Source: Octopus sinensis (taxonomy: Eukaryota). From it: 64,000 nucleotides of DNA. Location: assembly GCF_006345805.1 (NCBI RefSeq), contig NC_043004.1, forward strand, positions 16,430,001-16,494,000, given 5' to 3'. A program made the translations under genes and the position numbers. A model generated the notes under the pieces. The model worked only from the letters and a program-made list of their open reading frames with translations. It searched no databases and was not told the DNA's origin. Shown here piece after piece: positions 1-11,552 of the stretch. How positions within the stretch are numbered: the stretch's first letter is position 1; every line of letters starts with the position of its first letter.

Positions 1-380
1 ACTGGTTTTCAATTACAGTTCAACATGTATCACAAAACAGTGACTGATGTAATTGAAATTGAAGTCAAAAGAGTGATATCACAGAATAAGAGATATTTGC
101 TATGGTATTTGAATTAATAAACTAGACAACCGGAGATCACTAGAACAGACGTTGTTATAACTGGAAAAGTTTCCGCCAGAGAATGCTGTTGGTTAGAAAT
201 CATAGTGTGACAAATTTTAGAATGTGGAAGTCATTGACGCGAATGATGTCCAGAATAGGAGTGGCACCATGGATGATATTCTCAAAATCGATATCAATGC
301 AGTGAAGTGCTAAATAATAATGTTTGATATGTTTGTACTGGGGACATGAAATACAAGGCAGGTGATATATAAACTGTTCT
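1..380 (+). mobile_element. Highly decayed 3' end of an R4/Dong-type non-LTR retrotransposon (restriction-like endonuclease region)
   Basis: Interrupted translation YLLW..TRQPEITRTDVVI..K..RECCWLEIIV / RMWK / VLGT..RQVI resembles the RLE pattern LLWDF..TD...RPDIVI.DK..C.IIDI...RMW...LLGTA.ILR. Many stops; by-eye match only. Confidence 0.3.
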
Positions 381-2869
381 TCTATATTCTGACTCAGTAA
401 ATGTACAATGACACAACTATGAACTTGGTTAGATTTGACCTTTGAAAACAAATATAGCAACAAAATATCTTTACTCTTTTATAACTAAGCGGAAAATGTT
501 TTGTCTTGTAGTTTGAGTTATAATAAACGTAGTTATTATTAAAACATTGATGGAGTTTTAACTGGAAACGTTTGAGGGTGTATTCAACAAGATTGCAAGT
601 CTTACTGGTAACTAATTATTTGTACGTATATGGTTATGTATGTTAATGTGTGCTTCTATGATCGGTCGATAATTTGCTGAATGCTATACGTAGCCGAAGA
701 TAGACGAATGAATACGTTGAAGCAACCGCTTCTATATTCGTTAAAGGACATCAATATACAACGAAAATGGCTTTATATGACATTGAGAGTTCGAAGTATA
801 ATCCATGAATGAGGAAAATAAAAAATGGACACCATTTTGACCATTTATTAAACACTCTTTACAGTCAACAACAATTGCCCAAACAACTTACCTTTGCTAA
901 TAGAAAAAACAAAAGTGATTTATGCCAGACTAGTACTTCTATGTATGACACACTTCATTCGAACAGCATTACTAATACATACAACACAATTTCCAAACCC
1001 AGCAACCAGTAAAAAAGCATGGAAGCAAAGAAGCATGCTACTTTTTAAGTTAGAGAGACTGCTTGTATCACCTCACTGTGATCTTCTCATTTGGCCTTAA
1101 GGATCACAAAAATGAAATTCTTTTCTGAAGTTAAGTGCAAAGTTATTAAAAGTTCTAGAGGTGTGATGGGCCAAGTAATAATAGGAATCCGAGAGCCTAT
1201 CAATTCTGATATCGTTATGAATTAGTTAATATTTCTCAAGCATACAAGTATCTTACAATTTTTTAAACAGAAGTTTTCAATAAGTTGCACTTACAAGATC
1301 ATACTGCATCGTACGTTTTAAGGGAAGTAGGTACAAGAGTCCAAAATCGTTCACTAAATACCTGCTTACACTTGTCGAATTCACACTAGTAATCAAGTGA
1401 GAGGCTTCTACCTATTTAAAGTAGAGATCTAGAGAGCGCTTCCACTACTCATAATAGTGCCCGAGGTAATACGTGGGATACACAGCCAACAACACCAACG
1501 ACTATCGCGAGAAAGAAAACGAAGGCAAAGGAAACGGCAAATTTTATAAAATATATGTAAGTAGGCTATGTATGCCATAATTTCCGATAGCAAAAATGTA
1601 CTTCCAAGGTTACCCGTCATAGAACGGGTAGCACTTTATTACCGTACACAATGTATAGTGGTTGTTAAACTACTACCATCTGAAAAAACGGAAAATCAAA
1701 GGAAGAAACATATTCAACTAAGCATATATGCGAATCCATATATAAATGTATGTCTGTATGTGTGTAGAGATGGGTTTACTCTGCGAGTGGGCGAATATAA
1801 GTAATATATATCCACATGGATGTTTGTATATTGGTGTATCTAATCATACAAACACAAACACATACACACATACGAACACGATCATATATACATATGTTCT
1901 CCATGGATTTACTTGAAAATCAGTTTCAACTAGAGTATAATAAGAATGCTTCTCATTTTTTTTTAACAACTGTATGTATCAAAACGTGTATGATGGAGCT
2001 TAAAAGTAAAATAGTACGAATGTAGATGCATTAGTAGAAGTCATCATTTATTCATTCATAAGAAGCAATAGATGTTATCTCTTCTGAATGTTATATTCTC
2101 AAATGAATATTTACTGCTACTAACATAGAATTTAAAACTGCCCTAAATTTCATATCAAAATCAAACTAAACTCCGATGGAACATTATTGTGTTAAAATGC
2201 ATCTTTAATTAAATACAGCACATTAAAATTTGAAATCCACGAAAATATACTTAAAATTCTTATCGATCGTCTTAAAATTCAAATCGATAGTAAATAGTGT
2301 GCAGCATACAGACCCATAAATATGTGAGAATATATCACAAAATAAATACTTATACTAAACGTCTTCTTGGCGTTTCCAAGGAACAACATAGACACAATTT
2401 TGGGATTTAGTCATACAATAAAATTATTTTCGCTTCTACAAATGCCGAACATTTTAATATTCAGTTTGAGCTAATGCCAGAAAATACTTCGCCAACAAAG
2501 AAGGGATTTCGAATTTTTTGCCAATTAAAATGATATTGCAGTTGTAAAATTATATGTCCTTCATAAAATGTACGGTTTTATTTACGCGCGCGCGCGTAAG
2601 TGTGTGTGTGACTGTGTGTCTGTGGTAGCGTGTTGAGAACGCACGCGAAAAAAATACCGATTAACTGCTCGGAAAAAGCCATGTGGAAATTATAAAAGCA
2701 GGAATGCTTCCGAGGAAAACTTTGCCAGTCATCCCGCCTCAATCGATAAAATATATGCCATTCCAGCACTGAAATGTATGTAATCGACCAGCCCCTCCCT
2801 ATACATTTCAGCCTCGTGCCTATATTGGAAATGGATATAACAAGAGGAAAAACAAGTGATAGATAGGTA

Positions 2870-3008
2870 GAGAGAGAGAGAGAGAGAGAAACAGCCAGAC
2901 ACACACACACACACAGGCAGGCAAACAGACGCATAGACACATAGACAAACAGACAGGCAGACAGAAAGACAAACAGAAAGATAGACAAACAGACAGATAG
3001 ATAGAGAA

Positions 3009-3070
<62 letters not shown>
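2870..3070. repeat. Compound microsatellite (GA)n/(CA)n/(GACA)n/(GATA)n
   Basis: Seen directly; explains the SIYL-repeat ORFs. Confidence 0.95.
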
Positions 3071-3071
<1 letters not shown>

Positions 3072-3899
3072 ACCATTCATATATTCATGTAAGCAAGAAT
3101 ACGTACAGTATTAAATACATATGCCCTCAGTTGAGACGATTTAAAAGTATATATATATATATATATTATATATATATATATATATAATATTTACAACCTT
3201 ATTGAACCCTACTCTTAGGCCAAGCTTATACTAAAAGATCTGAAGCCATTTAATTTGATTTATTTGGCTTCATTAATACCATACATCTACGATGCGCTCG
3301 AAAAGTTAAGACCTTACAGTATTTTCATATTTGCAGACGATATTTGCCGCCGAAATCACAACTCTATACGTAGAGCAGACGATATAACTATATAACAATG
3401 ATAGCAAAAATATTTCAGGTTTTAACTGAAACAGTTCCATATATTATTTCAAGAATAATATTCTTGACAATATATTTCTTGTTAGAAAATATATTATTCT
3501 CTGAAAATATGGAAACAACGTTTCTAATAGAATTTACCTATTCGCATTTCAAATGTCTACGTACTTGCATATCACTGGCTCTACATGGAATCACTGAACA
3601 ATTGCATTTTCCCGATAACTCATCAATTATTCGTGGTGTAATTTGGGTTGATATATAATGCATTTTAACACAAAACGTGTTCAGGATACTAATACGATAA
3701 TATATACGACATGCTGTCTCTACTAATTTTTCCCATCTTCAAAATAAAAATGAACGGGTTTGGATATTTCGAAAGTGTGTCTACCTACATACAAAATATT
3801 TTGTAGCACTATCACACTCACATATACATATGTGTATATAAATACATGCAAAAGCACTCATTTATATGTAAGTATATATGTATCTGTACGTGTGTGTAT

Positions 3900-3970
<71 letters not shown>

Positions 3971-4060
3971 TAGATAGGTAAATAGATATTCATATGGGTA
4001 TTCGTGTATTCTCTTATATGTTTCAGCCCTAAGGCTGTGGCCATACTGGGACACCGGTAA

Positions 4061-4103
<43 letters not shown>

Positions 4104-5002
4104 CATACATATATTTACTTATGTATATGTACATATATATATATGTGTGTGTGTAGGTGTGTGTGTATTATTATATATGTATGACTTCATTCAGGTGAAT
4201 TACGATGTGCTTCTTGAAATACATGCAAGAATGACATACGAGTATGTTTCTGCGATATATGCATCTCTTTCTACTTGCGGGTGTGCTTATATTAGTACAT
4301 GTATACGCATGTACGAAACTAGCAACACTTCCTTTCCATATGCGTCTACGCCATGCAGTTTGCTCATAAAGAACGTTGGAATTTGCCTCACTCTGCTACG
4401 TATAGCTAAGTATGCAACAATAAATTTATTGTAATCAACGACGTGTCACAACGAATTATTTTAGCTCATGGTAATAGGAAGAACTTGGAAAGTACCTGAG
4501 GCGAATATAATCTATTCTGGTCATTGCCAAACGTTCTAATGTCTATTTTCTCAACGGTTATTTAATGGGAAATGTTTCCTACTTAAAGATTTATTTACTA
4601 TTTGGCTAAATTCCCAGTATTGTATACTATTTAGTGATGTAAAGAACAATTTAGGAAACTGTCAGATAAAAAGATTAGAGTAAATACGGCTTTGTGGATT
4701 TCTTTGTCTTTACTTAGATGACTTGTTTCTTAAAGAAATTAGATGGAACACTCTGTCAAATATTTGAGACCGAAGCTGATTTACTTGCTTCACGCTATAT
4801 AAAATCATACGTCGTTAAAGATTAGCCTTAAAAGTGTATTACTCTCATTTTTTTCTACCCAGGCCCTCTCTGTGTGTCTCTCTCTTTCTTTCTTTCTTTC
4901 TTACCTCCATACGCGTTTGTGTGTATGTGCGAGTGTGTTATGTGTGTGTGTGCATTTATATACACCACATACATACAAACGCATACAAAATAAATATATA
5001 TA

Positions 5003-5331
5003 CTCTTTACTCTTTACTCTTTTACTTGTTTCAGTCATTTGACTGTGGTCATGCTGGAGCACTACTTTTCGTCGAGCAAATCGATCTCAGGACTTATTCT
5101 TTGTAAGCCTAGTACTTATTCTATTGGTCTCTTTTGCCGAATCGCTAAGTTACGGGGATCTAGACACACCAGCATCGGTTGTCAATGTTGGGGGGGGGGC
5201 TAACTCATACACACAAACACACGCATATATATATACATATATACGACGGGCTTCTTTCCGTTTCTGTCAACCAAATCCGCTCACAAGGTTTTGGTCAGCC
5301 CGAGGCTATAGTAGAAAACACTTGCCAAGGT
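5003..5331 (-). mobile_element. tRNA-derived SINE (family A), 5'-truncated, with internal microsatellite
   Basis: Shares its head-proximal part with 30063-30229 and its 3' part (..CCAGCATG.CC.CAGTCAAATGACTGAAACAAGTAAAAGAG) with 25960-26130, 56265-56625 and 59240-59445. Confidence 0.8.
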
Positions 5332-5364
5332 TCTATATATATATGCATACAAATCTATGTAGAA

Positions 5365-5395
<31 letters not shown>

Positions 5396-5419
5396 ATATA
5401 TATATATATATACAAATAC

Positions 5420-5473
<54 letters not shown>

Positions 5474-6489
5474 ACACATACATACTTATATAAATATATA
5501 TGTATATATATATACTCATATTGAAGCATGTATACGCACACGTATGTACACACAGGGATGCATGCGTATTTGTGTGTGAATAGTTGTTGTCACTTAATTG
5601 TTGCTGTTGTGCTTACTCAGAAATAAGTTGAGATTGACTGAGTAGACCTTTGGAAAAAGACATTCCAAATGTGACCGCCACAAATTTCCAAAACTGTTAG
5701 AATGTGAATTTCCAAAACTGTTAGAATGTGTAGCCGTGTAGAGTGATTCGTGGTCGATGGAAACTATTGATTTTTGTTCGTTTCACGTACAATACAAACA
5801 ACTGGAATCTCTGCAAACGTCTTTATTATGTAACCGAGCCAATTTATTTACTGTTGCTTATGTCCAAAAGCTGAAACAATTCAAATTATTTGGGAGATCA
5901 CTTGCGGAAAATTCGAACTTAATTTTACATAATTCCTTTACCAGTTCTGGAAGACTTTATTTGAATTAGATAGGTATAAACAAATTATAACTGCTCATTC
6001 AGATGTAAAATCTAAGTATACCATAGACTGGCCACGTTTCGCTACTAAATTAACCGCAACCATAGTCTTTGCCAATTGAATATTGTCTGTGTTTATCAAA
6101 GCGTACTCGCATATACACACATGCATAATCATATACATAGACACCTACATTCATACATATATGTATGCGTGTGCCTGTCAGTTGAATGTTTGGGTGTGTA
6201 TACATGTGAATAAATGCTTGTGTAACTTTGCATATATTTTGTTATTATTGATGTTACATCTCTTCTGCTAATTTGTCAATATATGTAGCTCTAGTATCAA
6301 TATTAGCCAATGAAATGATGCAGAACAGTTTCCTTCTCTACTGAATGCTATCTTTAGATTGGACGCCGCGATACAATATGTGTTCTAAACAATGATACCA
6401 CAACTATAAATACCAATCTTTGTTACTTTATAATATTTAGTTCTATTCGCATTTATACCCATGGTATATATATATATATATATATATGC

Positions 6490-6559
<70 letters not shown>

Positions 6560-6815
6560 TATATACTTACATACATACATACATAATTAGATACATACAT
6601 ATGAGTGTGTGTGTGTGTTACGTATTTGTATGTAAGGCGCAATTTTCCCTCTGACTCCTATGACAGCGTCAGTGAGTATATTACATGATTTAATGGACTA
6701 AAACAAATTAAAAGTTTTTTTCCTGAATATGTACTGTTAAATTTCGGGGTGCATCGTATATGCCCGTGCGTCTTTTGTGGCATAAAAAAATTTACATATA
6801 ATCCGGAGATATATA

Positions 6816-8026
6816 CGGACGTTGGACAAAATACTGGAAACACCTTAAAATTTCAAACAAATTTATTTTAACATGGGATAGGACTGCCTTTGGCCTTAAT
6901 CACAGGTTGAATTCTATGAGTTATGGAATTGTGCAAAGTTTGAATTTTTTTCCAAAGGAATTTTTGTCCATTCTTCATCTAAAACAGTCTCCAGTTCTTG
7001 TAGTGATGATGGTGGAGGATATCGACCCCTTACTTGTATTTCTGAAATGCACCATCAATGTTTAATAATATTGTGATCTGCAGATTGTGGAGGCCATATA
7101 AAGTGTTCAACTTCACTAGAATGTTCCTCATGCCATTCAGTAACAACTTTAGTAGTGCATTATCATCCTGAATGTTTGTGTTTCCCTCCGGAACAGTACC
7201 ACAACCATAGGATGAATTTGATCAGATAAAATGCTAAAATAGTCTTAACTATTAATTCTGCCATGAAGGGGAACCACTGAACCAGCAGATTCCCAAGATA
7301 TAGCTCCCTCACCTAGATCATCACCGATCCTCCTCCATGTTTAACAGTTAGAAGGTAGTCTGGGTCAAATGTTTCTTTTGGCTGTCTCCACATGTATACT
7401 TGGCTGGTGGTCAGAAATAAGGTAAAGGATGATTCGTCCGAAAACATAACATTCTTCCACTGCTCTACGGACCAATTCTGTAGGTTCTTACTCCATTCTA
7501 AATGCTTTGCAATGTTTGTTTTTTGAAAGTAGTGGTTCTCTGATTGCAGCCCTTCTATGAAATCCGGATTTATGCAGCTCTCATTGAACAGCTTTTGTGG
7601 AAACTGAGTTCTCGAGGTGGTCATTAATCTCTGCAGCAATTTTGAGGGCTGTACGTTTTTGATCCTTTCTAACAATTTGCGTAAGAGTCCGACGGTCCAT
7701 ATCTGAAAATTTTGGTATTCTACCGGAGCTTTGTTTCGACGCGGAGATTTTTCCCTCTTTCTCAAAGGCTGTCCTTACTTTCGAGACATTTCGGCTGTTT
7801 TCGTTACGATAGCGCCTGTTATACAAGCACCAGCAACTTGATCTCTTTAAAAGTCCGATAGATCTGTCATTTTAATAATTTTCTATTACCTTTTCCTTAT
7901 TATATCTGAAAAGAAACATCAAATTTAGTAAAACATGTTAAGCAACACAAATAATAAATCAAATAATATAAAATAAACAAGCTTTTGACAGTTTTATAGA
8001 TATTTCAAACTTATTATTTTGTCCAA
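6816..8026 (-). mobile_element. Tc1-family DNA transposon with frameshifted transposase
   Basis: Left TIR TA|CGGACGTTGGACAAAATACTGGAAACACC; partial right TIR ATTATTTTGTCCAA. Motifs SGRIPK, WKNVMFSDESSF, TVKHGGGSVMI, QDDNA and WPPQSAD.NII are spread over shifted frames. Confidence 0.92.
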
Positions 8027-8521
8027 AAGTACGACATCAAAATTGCTCAAAATTATTATTTTGTATATGACATAATTTTCCTAATATTCATCGTTCATAT
8101 GAATATGACATAATTCTTCTAAAATTCCTCATTCGTATCTTGTGTGAATTGCAACGAAACATTATTATTGTAAATCTCTCATAGAAAAATAATATCCCAT
8201 ATTGGTTGCCGTTCTTTAGCTTCATTTTCACAAGTGTTCTGGGGCACTAATAGACTGTGCTCTAACATGTAGAAGGAATTTGGTGAATTTGGAGAAGGTC
8301 ATCAGTCAGAGAAAAGTGGTATCAATGTAAACTATAGTGAATCATTTTTATTATAAATTTGCTGCGTGTATATTCTCCTTGCTTTCCTACACTAAACAAT
8401 ACAGATTACTTAATGATATTCATGCATTCGCTCCGGAGATATTTGTAAATACCACCTGTTGTGCATGTCTTAGTTCCTTGCGCTCTCAAGAATTTTGAGC
8501 AATTTTGATGTCGTACTTTTG
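8024..8521. repeat. ~500 bp segment bounded by perfect 31 bp inverted repeats (MITE-like or fold-back)
   Basis: 8024-8054 CAAAAGTACGACATCAAAATTGCTCAAAATT is the exact reverse complement of 8491-8521. Confidence 0.8.
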
Positions 8522-8599
8522 CGTTTGCTCCTCTTTATTATTATGTTTTTTCAATACAGACACATCGCTATACTTAATGTACCGTTTCTTTTGTTGACT

Positions 8600-9563
8600 A
8601 ATGCATTGACTGAAAGCATGGTTACGGAAAGAAATATGTGATATATTAAGTGTGAAGTCATTTGGTAAAATGCTTAATATATAGGGATAATTTGACATTG
8701 ACGGATAATAATCTTAAATGAGCCAAGCTACTTTACAGAACCAGTTCCGTCGCCAGCATTTTAAACTGCAACTTTACTGTGAGATCGATGTCGTAGCAGT
8801 TGCAATCAATATGTTTCTTGATCTAAGATATAAATTCTCCTGTTTCGGTGAATTAAAGGTTAACTTTCTAGAAGTTGAAACTTGTCAAATGTTATGAAGT
8901 ATGTTGTGCTACGGTTTATACTGCGTATTGATTATCAATTATATGATGTTATATATTGCTGAGAATATATTTGTGTAGAGAGTATGGAATGAGAGTGAAA
9001 CTAAGCACTCTGTTTATTACGCAGTCGTCGTCTCAAATTTAATGTAGAGTCTAAATCGTGGATACCATTTAGAAAGTATCTCACACAACGAGATGCATTT
9101 CAATACGAGATGTCTAAGAAATATCCGTGGCTTCATATGGAGCAGTGATATCTCTAATGAAGATTCGTTTCATAAACCTCATATAGAAAACGCAGGCCTC
9201 CTCGATACAGGCTCTGGATGAACCTGCCATGTTGATAGGATGTATGGTGAAAGACTGCGGAAAATTCTCACTTATGGAGAACTCTAGGCGGGAGTGAGAT
9301 GTAAGATGACATCTTAGGTACAAGTGATCTAAGAATGATATCAAACACATTGGAATAATAGGGTAAGGATTTTCAGGAATGTCTTGCTGACTGTAATATG
9401 TAGAAGAAAATCCTGTCAAAATAGCATCAGGATTGAACACCTAGGTGGACTTAGACAAGGGCGAAAGAATGCAGTTGCCTTTAAGCGTTTTATATGTGAG
9501 GAATGCGGTGTAAAGAGCAAAAACAAAGCAGGTCTTGTGTCTCACAGAAGACACAAACACTAG
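8600..9563 (+). mobile_element. Decayed RTE-clade LINE, 3' portion
   Basis: Fragments VYYAVVVS, DAF..RCLRNI, HVDRMYGERLRKILTYGEL, LRYK and a terminal C2H2 finger ICEECGVKSKNKAGLVSHRRHKH*. Confidence 0.75.
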
Positions 9564-9700
9564 TATATGAAGTAAAAAAGGAAGCAAAATTCCGTTTGCT
9601 CTCATGTGACATACATACACATACACGCACGCACACTCACACACATACGCACACGCACACACACACACGCATACACAGATACACACACATACACATACAC

Positions 9701-9760
<60 letters not shown>

Positions 9761-9766
9761 TATATG

Positions 9767-9958
9767 TAGGTCCCGGGTTGAGTCGGGGTTAACCACAGTA
9801 AATAAGGTACTCAATACATAGCAGAGTAAATTAACTTATTTTATAGAAGGAGCTTCTACAGGACTAGAACTGTTTCATTCAAATGAAATCATCAGAAGCT
9901 TCCTGATGATTTCATTTGAATGAAACAGTTCTAGTCCTGTAGAAGCTCCTTCTATAAA

Positions 9959-9963
<5 letters not shown>
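9767..9963. mobile_element. Small (TA)n-embedded fold-back element (probable PLE pseudo-LTR remnant) with HHR-like core
   Basis: Perfect 60 bp arms 9836-9895 / 9903-9962. Each arm carries CTGATGA-TTTCATTTGAAT-GAAAC-AGTTCTA-GTC. Flanked by (TA)n on both sides. Confidence 0.7.
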
Positions 9964-10041
<78 letters not shown>

Positions 10042-10042
<1 letters not shown>

Positions 10043-10923
10043 GAGGGGTTACCCAAAAGAAACTGAAAAGTTCTCTGTGGGACAAGCCCGTTGTAGTTCA
10101 GGCTTCAGCCGCTCGAAACAATTTGATGCGACACATAGGCGTCATTCTGCTGACAGTCATTGCCCAATGGGGTCATACTGCCACGTGATGCCTCTGTGCT
10201 TTGTGCCCTTGTTCGTCGATTCAGCAATGGCTGAAATGTAGGAACAACGTGTTTCCGTGAAATTCAGTTTTCTGCTTGGGTGAACGCGCGTTGAAACAGT
10301 GGTCAGGCTCCAAACAGCTTACAAGGACGCTACTATGAGCAAAACATTACGATTGTTTTTTTGGTTTTTTTCACGCTTTAGAAACGGTCACTTGACCACT
10401 TGAGGATCAACGCTCCTTGAAGGCGACCGTTGATCCCCTGAACGAATGAAAACATCATGAAAATTCCTAAACTGATCTTGGAGGACCGTCACCGAACAAA
10501 TGACGAAATTGTTGGTATGACTGACGAATTTTGAGCGAGGAATTGCGAATGAAAAAAGTTGCAACAAAATTTATACCTCTTTTGCTCACGGAAAATCAAA
10601 AGCAGTCATGATTGAATGCATATCGTGAACTGAAAGAACTGTTGGAAGTCGATACGGACCTTTTTTCGAATGTCATCATTGGTGACGAAAGATGGTGCTA
10701 CGGAATTTGTAGATGTGGAAGAGATTAGTAAAAAAAAAACGACGGACGCGTTAAAAGGCATCACTTAGCAAGAGTTCCATCACTGCTTCCAAAATTTGAA
10801 AGCTCGTCTGGACCGATGCATTGTTTAAATGGCGAATAATTTAAAGTCAATAAAAGAGGAAACACGTAAAGCTAAGTGAATAAAATAATATTTTTAAATT
10901 TCGGTTTCTTTTGGGTACCCCTC

Positions 10924-10924
<1 letters not shown>
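10042..10924 (+). mobile_element. Internally deleted mariner transposon
   Basis: TIRs CGAGGGGTTACCCAAAAGAAACTGAAA / TTTCGGTTTCTTTTGGGTACCCCTCG with TA on both sides. Decayed transposase EQRVSVKF, MKKVATKFIPLLLT, VIIGDERWCYG, CFQNLKARLDRCI; middle of the catalytic domain is missing. Confidence 0.92.
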
Positions 10925-11006
<82 letters not shown>

Positions 11007-11108
11007 ATATTTCGGAATGGTTTAGCCAATAAAAACACACGCACTATATATTTGGTGTTATTTTGCTTCAGTGTTATTTATTTTTTACATTAATCTTAAT
11101 CTTATTTC

Positions 11109-11153
11109 GGCCAGAGTTCTTTCGTCACACTCCTGTGACCGCATCAGTGGTCC
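11109..11153 (-). ncRNA. Minimal hammerhead-ribozyme-like motif in the 3' pseudo-LTR
   Basis: GGACCA-CTGATGC-G-GTCACA(GGAG)TGTGAC-GAAA-G-AA-C-TC-TGGCC: 6 bp stem II, short stem I, A9 replaced by C. Same sense as the ORF. Confidence 0.55.
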
Positions 11154-11552
11154 TTTGTTTTCTGCTTTCTTATTTGTGTCTCTCCTTACGAACCGTCAGC
11201 CATTTTGTATTTCTATTGTATGTCTTCATTTACGCATGCGTATATCTCTATGTGCGTCTATGTTTATTTAGTGTGTGTATGTGGGGGGATGCCTGTAATA
11301 TTTGTATCTTCTGTTTATATACGTTCATGTAATTTGTATTTTGTTTTTGTTGTTTTTGTTTATTCTTATTTTGTTCATGTGTTTACATCCACTTATTATT
11401 ATCATTACATATGCTTGTATGTATGTATATATAACAACAATACTAGTAATAACAACAATAAATCGAATCGAAAAAAAATATATATATATAGTTATTTATT
11501 TTTATTTGTTTATTTATCTGTGTATTTATTATGTTTTCGGGATCCTCTATCG

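Noticed and set aside
600-1450. Possible ancient PLE RT/GIY-YIG remnant
   Set aside because: Only faint motif echoes (DHLLNTL, CTYKI); too degraded to support by eye.
5683-5730. 24 bp unit repeated twice
   Set aside because: Simple tandem duplication with no spacers; not CRISPR-like.
2578-6642. ORFs rich in YI, SIYL, CV or HT repeats, here and throughout the window
   Set aside because: Translations of (TA)n, (GATA)n and (CA)n microsatellites.
11195-11230. SECIS-like ATGA..AA..GA string in the PLE pseudo-LTR
   Set aside because: Spacing and helix length fall short of a canonical SECIS, and the only in-frame UGA is at a probable Trp position.
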